Both the position numbers and the translations under genes were made by a program. From a candidate division WOR-3 bacterium (GTDB lineage Bacteria > Hydrothermota > Hydrothermia > JBDRYB01), in NCBI GenBank assembly GCA_049969615.1, contig JBMFOM010000050.1, positions 1-14,276 on the forward strand: DNA of 14,276 nt, read 5' to 3'. Below the pieces are notes generated by a model. That model was not told the origin of the DNA. It was given only the letters and a program-made list of their open reading frames with translations, and made no database searches. This document shows, one piece after another, positions 7,290 through 14,276 of the stretch (position 1 is its first letter; every line of letters begins with the position of its first letter).

Positions 7290-8960
7290 TTACCTGAACT
7301 CCACCCTGTTTTGCAATCTTGAACCGAACAGGGGCGCGAACAGGCCGAATTTGTCCTCGGCCACGACCCTCGTGCCTTGGCCGTCCAGCTCCGCCCACTT
7401 CCCGGACTGCGGGAACTGGTATGAATAATAGGACATGAGGCTGACCTTTTTCCTAGTGAGATAATCCCGGAATGCTCCCGGAAAAGTCCTGTGTTCCCCA
7501 AGGTGTAGTGCGCCGATGGACTGGAACGCGATTGCTGTCAGGATCATCAACGAGGCCATCCACGGCATCCCGGCCGCGCGCCAAACCCTCACCAGCGCGA
7601 GAAGGCCTATTGCCAGGATTGGCATCACGAGCCTGAGCTCGCCGGGGTGAATGTAACCAGGTATAATGGTGAAGAGATACATGAAAACCAGAGCCTGTGC
7701 CCAGATAAAAACTGAGGGCCAGTCCCTCTTGAGAGCATCTCTCGCGAGAAAAAAGATCGATGCTGGCAGACCAGCGAGCCAAAACAGCGGACCCGCGCCG
7801 CCCTCATAGGTGCCCAGGCCTATGTCCCTGAACGGGAATACTATTATCTGATGTGCTGTTGCGAAATACTGGTAGCCGTATGTGTATGGCGATTCCTTGC
7901 CGGGGAAAAGAACCCACGGCCCCAGTTTTACGCAAATGTCAAAAAAGGGGCTTCCGAGAACCAGCCAGTTCCTTATATACCATGGAAGCCAGAGGCCGAG
8001 AGATAATCCGATTGATGCAGCCATTGCCGCGGTGTCTTTTCTTCGTTGGGTGATGGAGATGAGAACTATAATGAAGAAAGCGTAGAACACCAGCCCGGTG
8101 TATTTGACTCCGGCCAAGGCTGATACAGCGATTATTGCTAAAATGAGCCTTGTTCTACCCCCTTCCCTCCAGTAGTTGTAGAGAAACGCCGTGGCGCTCA
8201 GATACCAGAAACAGAATCCCCAGTCCACGTAGTTGGTTATGGCCTGAGCGAGGCCCAGCGGAGCAAGAAACATCAGGAGAAAAGCGATTGTCCCGTCATC
8301 CCTGGAAATGGCCCTCATTGCTGGAAGGCAAAGCATGATATAGATCAGGGGCGAGAAACCCAGGAACCTCTGAGCGTGAGTCATTGCCAGTTGGAGGAGG
8401 TAAAGGGCCTCGCCGTTGGCCGGAAAAGCAAAACCAGCATTATCCTTCAGGATGGGGTAGGGGAGCAAGGCTATCCTGCCCTCCTGAAGCCAAAACAGCG
8501 GATTGGTTAGGTGATAGCTGAGGCTGTCCCATCCGCGAGGTGGCATTACCCACGCCTCCAGAACGAGAAAGGCGAGCCACGCGCCAGCGATTATCCAGAG
8601 AGAAATTGTGAGGCCGCTTTTGGTCCCTCGTTTTAACCAGGAGCCAATTCGGTTGCCGGGTGCCAGTTGCAGGGGTTGCAGGAGGCTTTTATGCCCCGCA
8701 AACACTAGGAGCCAGGAACCAATGGCAATGTGGGCCGTGATAAATGCAAGGAGTATGGTAGCGAGGGCCCATGGTTTCAAAAATCCCAGGAAACCCAGAA
8801 TTATAACCGCGAGTATGTTCTCGGATAGAAAAAGAACAGCCCCAGCAAGGATGCGTTCAGGCCCCTTGAGCCAACCTGATGTCGCTATGGCACCGGAGAG
8901 GATTCCGGCTGAGAACAACAGGATGAAGAGGGTTTCGCGGAGGAGGATCATCGGTGCCAA
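7290..8960 (-). CDS. Polytopic membrane protein, probable GT-C fold (ArnT/PMT-like) glycosyltransferase
   Basis: About 13 or more hydrophobic segments. First-loop PPRGWDSLSYHL...W, F-P-x-NGE, TNYVD, LAGVKYTG, PWYIRNWLVLGSPF and a late R-x-x-M-P resemble GT39/GT83-like proteins. Start may be TTG 8960 or ATG 8951. Confidence 0.6.
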   Translation of the reverse strand: MAPMILLRETLFILLFSAGILSGAIATSGWLKGPERILAGAVLFLSENILAVIILGFLGFLKPWALATILLAFITAHIAIGSWLLVFAGHKSLLQPLQLAPGNRIGSWLKRGTKSGLTISLWIIAGAWLAFLVLEAWVMPPRGWDSLSYHLTNPLFWLQEGRIALLPYPILKDNAGFAFPANGEALYLLQLAMTHAQRFLGFSPLIYIMLCLPAMRAISRDDGTIAFLLMFLAPLGLAQAITNYVDWGFCFWYLSATAFLYNYWREGGRTRLILAIIAVSALAGVKYTGLVFYAFFIIVLISITQRRKDTAAMAASIGLSLGLWLPWYIRNWLVLGSPFFDICVKLGPWVLFPGKESPYTYGYQYFATAHQIIVFPFRDIGLGTYEGGAGPLFWLAGLPASIFFLARDALKRDWPSVFIWAQALVFMYLFTIIPGYIHPGELRLVMPILAIGLLALVRVWRAAGMPWMASLMILTAIAFQSIGALHLGEHRTFPGAFRDYLTRKKVSLMSYYSYQFPQSGKWAELDGQGTRVVAEDKFGLFAPLFGSRLQNRVEFR

Positions 8961-8969
8961 AAATTGGGT

Positions 8970-9704
8970 TTAGTCCCTTTCACGTCCCACGGAGGGCTTC
9001 TTCTCGTCAAACCACCTCCTCTTTATCCAGAGGCCTACGACCCAGAACAATGCTATGCCTATCACTGAAACTATGCCACCCCAGATTAGGGTCTTGGTGT
9101 CAAAGAACCTGAAACCGCCGCCCCAGAGGATTACGAAGAGGTCGCCCGGAATCCTTATGCCGAGGAGTATCAGCAGGTAATATTTGAAAGGGACATTGAG
9201 TATGCCGCATGCGTAGCACATCGCGTCCTTTGGTAGGCCGGGCAAGGCAAACGCGATGAAGACCAAAAGGATTCTCTTGCCAGATATGTATTTCTCTGCC
9301 TTGTCCAGGTTATCCGGACCAACGAGCTTTGAGACCACCGGCCTCCCGAGCTTTAGGCCTATGAGATATACCAGGAGTGTTCCCACAAGGAGTCCAACCG
9401 CGTCATAGACCGCGCCCCAAAAGAATCCATACAAGTAGCCCGATGTTAGGGGTATTACATGGCCCGGAACAGGAGCGAAGACTATCTGAGCCACATGAAA
9501 GAGGATTATGAACAGGGGACCCCACGGCCCTAGCCTTTTCACGAAGCCGGATACATCGCCCGCGAAGAACAGGATCCAGACAAAGAAAGCCATCAGTAGG
9601 AGGAAGAAGAATATCCCGACTATCCAGCCTACTGCCCTTTGAACTCTGCCTTCCTTTTCTCCAAGAACGCTGTTAATCCCTCTTTTGAGTCTGCTGTCTC
9701 GCAT
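8970..9704 (-). CDS. TVP38/TMEM64 (DedA superfamily, VTT domain) membrane protein
   Basis: LGPWGPLFIILFHVAQIVFAPVPGHVIPLTSGYLYGFFWG, Y-x-IG-x-x-LGRP, LPGLPKDAMCYACG, RIPG. Start uncertain because ATG 9704 overlaps the upstream gene by 76 bp. Confidence 0.88.
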   Translation of the reverse strand: MRDSRLKRGINSVLGEKEGRVQRAVGWIVGIFFFLLLMAFFVWILFFAGDVSGFVKRLGPWGPLFIILFHVAQIVFAPVPGHVIPLTSGYLYGFFWGAVYDAVGLLVGTLLVYLIGLKLGRPVVSKLVGPDNLDKAEKYISGKRILLVFIAFALPGLPKDAMCYACGILNVPFKYYLLILLGIRIPGDLFVILWGGGFRFFDTKTLIWGGIVSVIGIALFWVVGLWIKRRWFDEKKPSVGRERD

Positions 9705-10402
9705 AGATCGCCGAAAAGGCGTGCCTCCTCATTAAGCCCTTTGTCCTGTGGCATGCTCACTGCATTGTTTACTGAGCGCTTTGCCGCGGCGAGCGCCAGT
9801 GGCCCCTTGCTTGCTATCTCCATTGCTAGCTCCTCTGCCTTTGTCATCAGTTCCTCTGGTGGATATATCCCTTGGAGCAGTCCAGTATTCATTGCCTCTC
9901 TGGCCGTCAACGCGCGGCCAGACAGTATCATGTATTTAGCCCAGCCAATGCCCGTGTTCCTCGCCAGGCGTTGTGTTCCACCATAGCCGGGGATTATCCC
10001 GAGGTTGACCTCTGGCTGTCCGAGTTTCGCGTTCTCGGACGCGAGCCGTATGTCGCAAGCGAGAGCCAGTTCAAGTCCTCCACCCAGTGCGAACCCATTT
10101 ATAGCGGCTATCCACACTTTTGGAGATTGTTCTATCTTGTCCATGAGCCTTTGACCCCTGCGCATTTTCTCGTAGCCGGTTTTGCCATCCAGTTGCGCTA
10201 GCTCGGATATGTCCGCGCCGGCCACAAAAGCCTTTCCCTCGCCGGTGAGTATGATTGCCACTATATCCCTGTCTCGGTTTGTTTCGTCAACAATGGCTTC
10301 CAGCTCATCCAAGACTCCAGAGTCCATGGCGTTCAACTTTTCGGGCCTGGACATCCTCACTATGGCTATCTTGCCTCTTTTTTCAAGGTTTATTGCGCCC
10401 AT
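9629..10402 (-). CDS. Enoyl-CoA hydratase/isomerase (crotonase-like)
   Basis: RPEKLNA, KAFVAGADI (oxyanion hole), AAINGFALGGGLELALACDIR (first catalytic Glu), GQPEVNLGIIPGYGGTQRL (second Glu), EGLTAFLEKRK. Confidence 0.95.
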   Translation of the reverse strand: MGAINLEKRGKIAIVRMSRPEKLNAMDSGVLDELEAIVDETNRDRDIVAIILTGEGKAFVAGADISELAQLDGKTGYEKMRRGQRLMDKIEQSPKVWIAAINGFALGGGLELALACDIRLASENAKLGQPEVNLGIIPGYGGTQRLARNTGIGWAKYMILSGRALTAREAMNTGLLQGIYPPEELMTKAEELAMEIASKGPLALAAAKRSVNNAVSMPQDKGLNEEARLFGDLCETADSKEGLTAFLEKRKAEFKGQ

Positions 10403-11096
10403 GTTTTAAGGCCTCCCTTTGTTTTTCTGTTATATCTCTCGCGGCAGGCGTTGCCGCCTCAAGCATCTTCGCCAGCACCCCTGGCTCCATAAGCCCCTCC
10501 TCAGAGCTGATCTGGACCTCTGCCAGATTGCCTTTCTCGGATATGACGAAATTCGCGTCCACGGACGCGTTCAGGTCCTCGTTATAGTCAGGATCAAGGA
10601 ACAATTGCTTTCCAACCAGTGCGACCGAGATCCCTGCCAGGAATTCTCTTGTTGGTATTCGGTCCAGTATCCCTACTTTCTTCATGTGTTCAAGCGCCCT
10701 CACCAGAGCGACGAACCCTCCGGTGACCGAAGCGGCCCTGGTTCCGCCGTCTGCCTGGATTACATCGCAGTCTACTGTTATCGTGAAGCCATCAAGCGCC
10801 CTGAGATCAACCCCCGCTCTCAGGGACCGGCCTATCATCCGCGCTATTTCCTTTTCCCTGCCGCCCTGCCTACGCTCTTTGCGCTCCGGGACCGCCCTGG
10901 GCAGCAGCGCGTATTCCGCAGTTACCCAGCCCTGGCCCCCGCCGGAGAGCCAGGACGGTACCCCTTCCGAGACAGTCGCGGCGCAGAGAACCCATGTCTG
11001 GCCATATCTGACCAGACAACTGCCTTCCGGAGCCTTCAGGTAGTCCGGCTCTATGCTTATCGGCCTCAGCTCGTTCCAACCTCTGTCTTTTCGCAC
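10383..11096 (-). CDS. rph: Ribonuclease PH
   Basis: GTG start. R-x-DR-x-x-x-ELRP, EGSCLV, GWVTAEYALLPRA, EIARMIGRSLRA, DCDVIQADGGTR, D-x-DYNED-x-x-A-x-VD. 20-bp overlap with the next gene. Confidence 0.93.
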   Translation of the reverse strand: MRKDRGWNELRPISIEPDYLKAPEGSCLVRYGQTWVLCAATVSEGVPSWLSGGGQGWVTAEYALLPRAVPERKERRQGGREKEIARMIGRSLRAGVDLRALDGFTITVDCDVIQADGGTRAASVTGGFVALVRALEHMKKVGILDRIPTREFLAGISVALVGKQLFLDPDYNEDLNASVDANFVISEKGNLAEVQISSEEGLMEPGVLAKMLEAATPAARDITEKQREALKHGRNKP

Positions 11097-11102
11097 AGGG
11101 AA

Positions 11103-11108
11103 ATTATA
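11103..11108 (-). promoter_or_regulatory. Putative -10 box of the rph operon (leaderless)
   Basis: Minus strand reads TATAAT-TTCCCT-GTG, exactly 6 nt before the GTG at 11096. No SD. Confidence 0.6.
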
Positions 11109-11249
11109 TCGGTTGCTTGTTGGCAGTTGCCAGTTGTCGCTATCATGATTAAGGCAGGGCTTTCTATTCCCGCAGATGTCGCTTATTGCTGAAAGCCGCC
11201 GTATTCATGGGAACCCCCTTGCGCCCGTTTATATGGGTGATCGATCTGC

Positions 11250-11279
11250 TTGCCCTACCCTCCTCGCCCGGTTTATCCT
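11250..11279 (+). promoter_or_regulatory. Putative promoter of the amidase gene (leaderless)
   Basis: TTGCCC (11250-11255), 18 bp, TATCCT (11274-11279; TAnnnT), then 6 nt to ATG 11286. No SD. Confidence 0.55.
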
Positions 11280-11285
11280 TTATAC

Positions 11286-12812
11286 ATGCTCCTGAACATC
11301 ATCCTGGCAACCACTTGGACAGTTTGTCTTGACCCCGGGCACGGAGGCTCGGACGCGGGCGCGGTAGGTCTTTATTACCTTGAGAAGCAAGCGAACCTGG
11401 ATGTTGCTTTCTGGGCAAAGTTCTACTTTGAGAGAGCTGGGCTACCTGGGGACACGGTTATAATCGGGATGACCAGGACGTCGGATGTTTATGTCTCGCT
11501 GGCGGACAGGGTATATTACGCGAACTCCCAGGGGTTTGACCGGTTCGTGTCAATCCACCACAACGCATACAACACCCAGGTTCAGGGAACCGAGACCTAT
11601 TGTCACCCTAATGGTTCCGCAAATTCATTCGCGATGAGGGACAGCACCCACCCCTGGCTTCTCTGGGCTTTCGGGTACAACAACCGTGGCGCGCAGACAG
11701 CTGATTTCTATGTGCTCAGGGAAACCGTGATGCCCGCAATACTGGGCGAGGCTTCCTTTATTGATTATCACGACGGATATGACGAATCCTACAGGTTCTA
11801 TACCCACTGGAACAGGCATGACGAGAGGGAGGGTTATGCCTACGCGAGGGGGGTATCTGGCCACCTCCACATAGCGCCACCGGTTTTCCAGCAAGCCTAT
11901 TACATGTCCGGGACGGTCAGTCTTTCCCCGCCACAGGCACAGACAATTCACCTATATTGTTTCCTCAACTACTCGGATTCCCTGGTTGCCTACAGGGCTT
12001 TGTCTGGCCCTGGAACATTTAGGATTGACAGCCTGCTACCGGCCACATATGACCTCTATTTCTGTTCTGGAGGCTACAATTCCGCCTTCATCCCTAACAT
12101 TGTGCTCAGCTCAGACACATCGGGTCTCTCCGCGACGCTATACGGGGCATGGCCAGAGGTGATCGTGGACAACCTCGATCCCGCTTGTTTTAGGCAGGGG
12201 ACATGGCGCGTTTCCGAGTGGTCAACCCAGTATTATGGTCTGAACTACATCTGGGCCGATGGCACCGGAACGAAAAAGCTCCTTTTTATGCCTGATCTGC
12301 CGCAGGCAGGGGAATATGAAGTCTCGGTCTGGTTCACCCAGGGTGCTAACAGGGCAACCAACGCGCCCTACGTTGTCCACCACGCTGGAGGAATTGACAC
12401 ATTTTACGTGGACCAGACGGCCGGCGGCGGCCAGTGGACGAGCCTGGGAACATTCAGTTTTAACGGGGGCCAGTCTGGCTATGTTGAGCTCGGCAACCAG
12501 GGCCTTCTGCCAGACTCAAGCAGGGTCGTCATTGGCGATGGGGTGAGATTCTCTTCAACAACTGGAGCTGGCGAGGGCGCTGGCACCTCGTTCAGGCCCT
12601 TCTTTGATCAGTCCGGTCTCACGCTTATCCTCCCTGGGGATCATCCCCATACAAGAGCGAGCGTGTATGACCCGTCCGGGAGGCTGATCCGGAGCAGGAA
12701 CATGGGGCCTGGAGAGAACCGCTGGGAGATAAGGGGGCTTCCACGCGGGGTCTATTTCCTGAGGCTCACTTGGCAGAACCAGGCCGCCGTGTTCAAATTC
12801 ATAGCAAGGTGA
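11286..12812 (+). CDS. Secreted N-acetylmuramoyl-L-alanine amidase (Amidase_3) with beta-sandwich linker, golvesin-like CBM domain and T9SS/FlgD-like CTD
   Basis: Zn and catalytic motifs LDPGHGG, LEKQANL, FVSIHHNA, AILGEASF. Golvesin-like VIVDN...PDLPQAGEYEVSVW...NRATNAPY...VDQ...GQWTSLGTF...GDGVRF. CTD VYDPSGRLIR...LPRGVYFLRL...FKFI. ATG 11286 is preferred over TTG 11250. Confidence 0.9.
   Translation: MLLNIILATTWTVCLDPGHGGSDAGAVGLYYLEKQANLDVAFWAKFYFERAGLPGDTVIIGMTRTSDVYVSLADRVYYANSQGFDRFVSIHHNAYNTQVQGTETYCHPNGSANSFAMRDSTHPWLLWAFGYNNRGAQTADFYVLRETVMPAILGEASFIDYHDGYDESYRFYTHWNRHDEREGYAYARGVSGHLHIAPPVFQQAYYMSGTVSLSPPQAQTIHLYCFLNYSDSLVAYRALSGPGTFRIDSLLPATYDLYFCSGGYNSAFIPNIVLSSDTSGLSATLYGAWPEVIVDNLDPACFRQGTWRVSEWSTQYYGLNYIWADGTGTKKLLFMPDLPQAGEYEVSVWFTQGANRATNAPYVVHHAGGIDTFYVDQTAGGGQWTSLGTFSFNGGQSGYVELGNQGLLPDSSRVVIGDGVRFSSTTGAGEGAGTSFRPFFDQSGLTLILPGDHPHTRASVYDPSGRLIRSRNMGPGENRWEIRGLPRGVYFLRLTWQNQAAVFKFIAR
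12747..12769 (+). repeat. 23-bp inverted repeat, left copy (partner at 14130-14152)
   Basis: GGGGTCTATTTCCTGAGGCTCAC is the exact reverse complement of 14130-14152. Confidence 0.9.
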
Positions 12813-12815
12813 AAC

Positions 12816-13240
12816 ATGCGCTTTTACCGCGCCAGCAAAGAGGACACGGTAAGATCGTATCCCTGCGGGGGCGAGGGTTGGGGAATATTCGGGCAGCAGG
12901 CGCTTGAAACATCAAAGGTCTGGTTAAGGGAAAACCTCCGGGAGCGATACGAATCATTCCAGGCCGAGGATGACGATAGGAATGTTGTGGGCGAGATTCT
13001 CTATACATGTTCAAGAACCTCCTTTGCCCCATCGCGCCCGAGCTCTTCAATCGGATAGAACGAATCGCAAGGGAATTTGGGGACAAGGTCCAGTTGATAG
13101 AGGTGGAGTCAAACCGCGAGGCCCTTGAGAGATACGGGACTGCTAGGGACCCCTACATAAACGGGAAGCCAAGGTTCGTCTTGCCAAAGGATGACGATGT
13201 AATAGGAAAGTTGCTCAAAGAGGAGGTAGAGAAGCTATGA
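12816..13240 (+). pseudogene. Probable internally deleted GNAT/YoaP-like gene in two out-of-frame pieces (12816-~13005 and 13007-13240)
   Basis: The N-piece (SKVWLRENL...NVVGEILYT) resembles the start of a GNAT domain and then degenerates. The C-piece (LYMFKNLLCP...VQLIEVE...ERYG...YINGK) is thioredoxin/YoaP-like. AAGGTG precedes ATG 12816, while ATG 13007 has no SD. Confidence 0.5.
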
Positions 13241-14055
13241 TCTTTCTTTTCGCACTCACGATTGAAACTGATACCCTCTGGGTTCAACCCACCGATCCTA
13301 GAATTTATGGGGACGACCAGGTCACCGGTGGCGCCTTGATCGCCTGGACCCCCGATCTCGCGCTGGATGGCCATTATGACCGTGGTTAAGGGTCTCAAGA
13401 TGAGGAGCGCCATCATGATACCAGGGTTTCTCTCGGACTGGTTTGAAGGAGGCATAGGCAATGCTGGGGCATTCCTGGAAGACGGAACACCCCTTTATCT
13501 CGGAATGAAAAAGAGGGGGGAAGTATACATTGGCTTTTCTGAAGAACTCTTTGGACCATACGAGGAAACCGGGGGGCCTTTTGTAGTCTCTCCCGATGGA
13601 AACTGCTGGACAAAGCTCGTCAAGAAACCAAAGGGATGGCTCCTGTTGAGAAACGGAGAGGGGGTCGGTAGCCCTCATGATTATATTTGGCCAGTGTTCT
13701 TTGACTCATCCTCCAATCTGTATTACAGGTTCACCGATGGGATTCCTGTGGGCTGGTCAGGAACGACAAATTGCTGTTCAAGTATCAGTGGATAGGCCTT
13801 GAAGTATTCACGAAGGGAAATGAAATATTTTGTGAGGTGGGGAGCGACGGCTGCTGGAAAGGGGTCAGCTGGAAGGGCTCAGAAGCGCTCGCCAGGAACG
13901 GAGAGGTAATCTCAGGATGGTTCAATAGCATTCAACTCATAGGATTGCTTAGAGGGAAACCGGCCTTCCTTTGTAGTGACCAATCCGGGGATTGGCTAGC
14001 GGTAGGTGATACCATAGCTTGGCCCCCACCTGTCAGAGGATCCGGTTCAGGATAA
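13237..14055 (+). pseudogene. Frameshifted secreted beta-repeat (propeller-like) hypothetical protein in three fragments
   Basis: Strong SD GAGGAGGT (13220-13227) and an ATGA overlap at 13237. Fragment 1 MIFLFALTIETDTLWVQ...WTPDL stops at 13389, fragment 2 is 13367-13795 and fragment 3 is 13771-14055. Shared repeats: WTPDL/VSPDG and LLLRNGE/LVRNDK/LARNGE. Confidence 0.65.
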
Positions 14056-14080
14056 GCCTTGAAACAAGGTAGGATCGGGC

Positions 14081-14275
14081 CTATCTCATCCAGATTACCT
14101 TCCTGACAGCGGATTTGTTAGAGCCATGGGTGAGCCTCAGGAAATAGACCCCAGCTGGAAGGGGCGAGCCATCCTCTCCTGTCCCGGCCCAACTGAGAAT
14201 GTGAAGCCCCGGCTCCTTGCCATTGTATAGGGTTGAGACCCTCCTTCCCATGATGTCATATAGCGCGAGGGATGT
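14081..14275 (-). CDS. C-terminal FlgD-Ig/T9SS-sorting-like domain of a secreted protein (5'-truncated by window edge)
   Basis: Manual translation gives TSLALYDIMGRRVSTLYNGKEPGLHILSWAGTGEDGSPLPAGVYFLRLTHGSNKSAVRKVIWMR* (TAG at 14083-14081). It carries YDxxGRxV, WxG and LxxGVYF motifs. Not in the ORF track. Confidence 0.88.
   Translation of the reverse strand, partial: TSLALYDIMGRRVSTLYNGKEPGLHILSWAGTGEDGSPLPAGVYFLRLTHGSNKSAVRKVIWMR
14130..14152 (-). repeat. 23-bp inverted repeat, right copy (partner at 12747-12769)
   Basis: The + strand reads GTGAGCCTCAGGAAATAGACCCC. Confidence 0.9.
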
Positions 14276-14276
14276 G

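Noticed and set aside
7209..7292. GT-C gene stop is in frame with lysS with no intervening stop (possible fusion or readthrough)
   Set aside because: TAA is a strong stop, the 27-codon open stretch is plausible by chance, the spacer has its own -10 box, and LysS is complete alone.
622..11192. Many antisense or alternate-frame ORFs (e.g. 2424-2942, 3289-3861, 8608-8973, 10419-11192)
   Set aside because: They lie on top of well-supported genes and show no family motifs. The His-rich 3289-3861 ORF is simply the antisense of Met (ATG/CAT) codons.
11109..11249. Possible ncRNA in the divergent rph/amidase gap (GGCTTTC 11158-11164 / GAAAGCC 11191-11197)
   Set aside because: A single 7-bp stem with no recognisable tRNA, SRP, 6S or riboswitch motif; an Rfam search would be needed.
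14056..14070. CCTTG-AAA-CAAGG hairpin between convergent genes as a terminator
   Set aside because: Only a 5-6 bp stem with a 3-nt loop and no U-tract on either strand.
1..14276. CRISPR array, tRNA/rRNA, transposase, integrase or defence system
   Set aside because: No regularly spaced repeats, cloverleafs or relevant protein motifs were seen, and nearly all the sequence is accounted for by other genes.

Overview
Bacterial, diderm, gene-dense window, about 53% GC by eye. From left to right: the 3' end of a TonB-family gene; an ArsR/SmtB repressor with a 1010-aa FAD/Fe-S/CCG oxidoreductase that has an unusual Met/Pro-rich tail; a minus-strand run rph > enoyl-CoA hydratase > DedA/TVP38 > GT-C-like membrane protein > lysS > lolC/E > lolD; a secreted Amidase_3 with a T9SS/FlgD-like C-terminal domain (CTD); two broken genes; and the 3' end of a convergent CTD-bearing gene. 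The CTDs and very short hydrophobic N-termini suggest an FCB-related lineage such as WOR-3, but this is inference only. There is no CRISPR array, rRNA, tRNA or transposase. The best leads are (1) the ArsR-controlled oxidoreductase that lacks GlcD metal motifs, together with its duplicated promoter/operator; (2) repeated leaderless promoters with 18-bp spacers; (3) ultra-short signal peptides; and (4) a 23-bp perfect inverted repeat shared by two convergent CTD genes that brackets a decaying 1.36-kb segment. All family calls come from motif recognition, not database searches.
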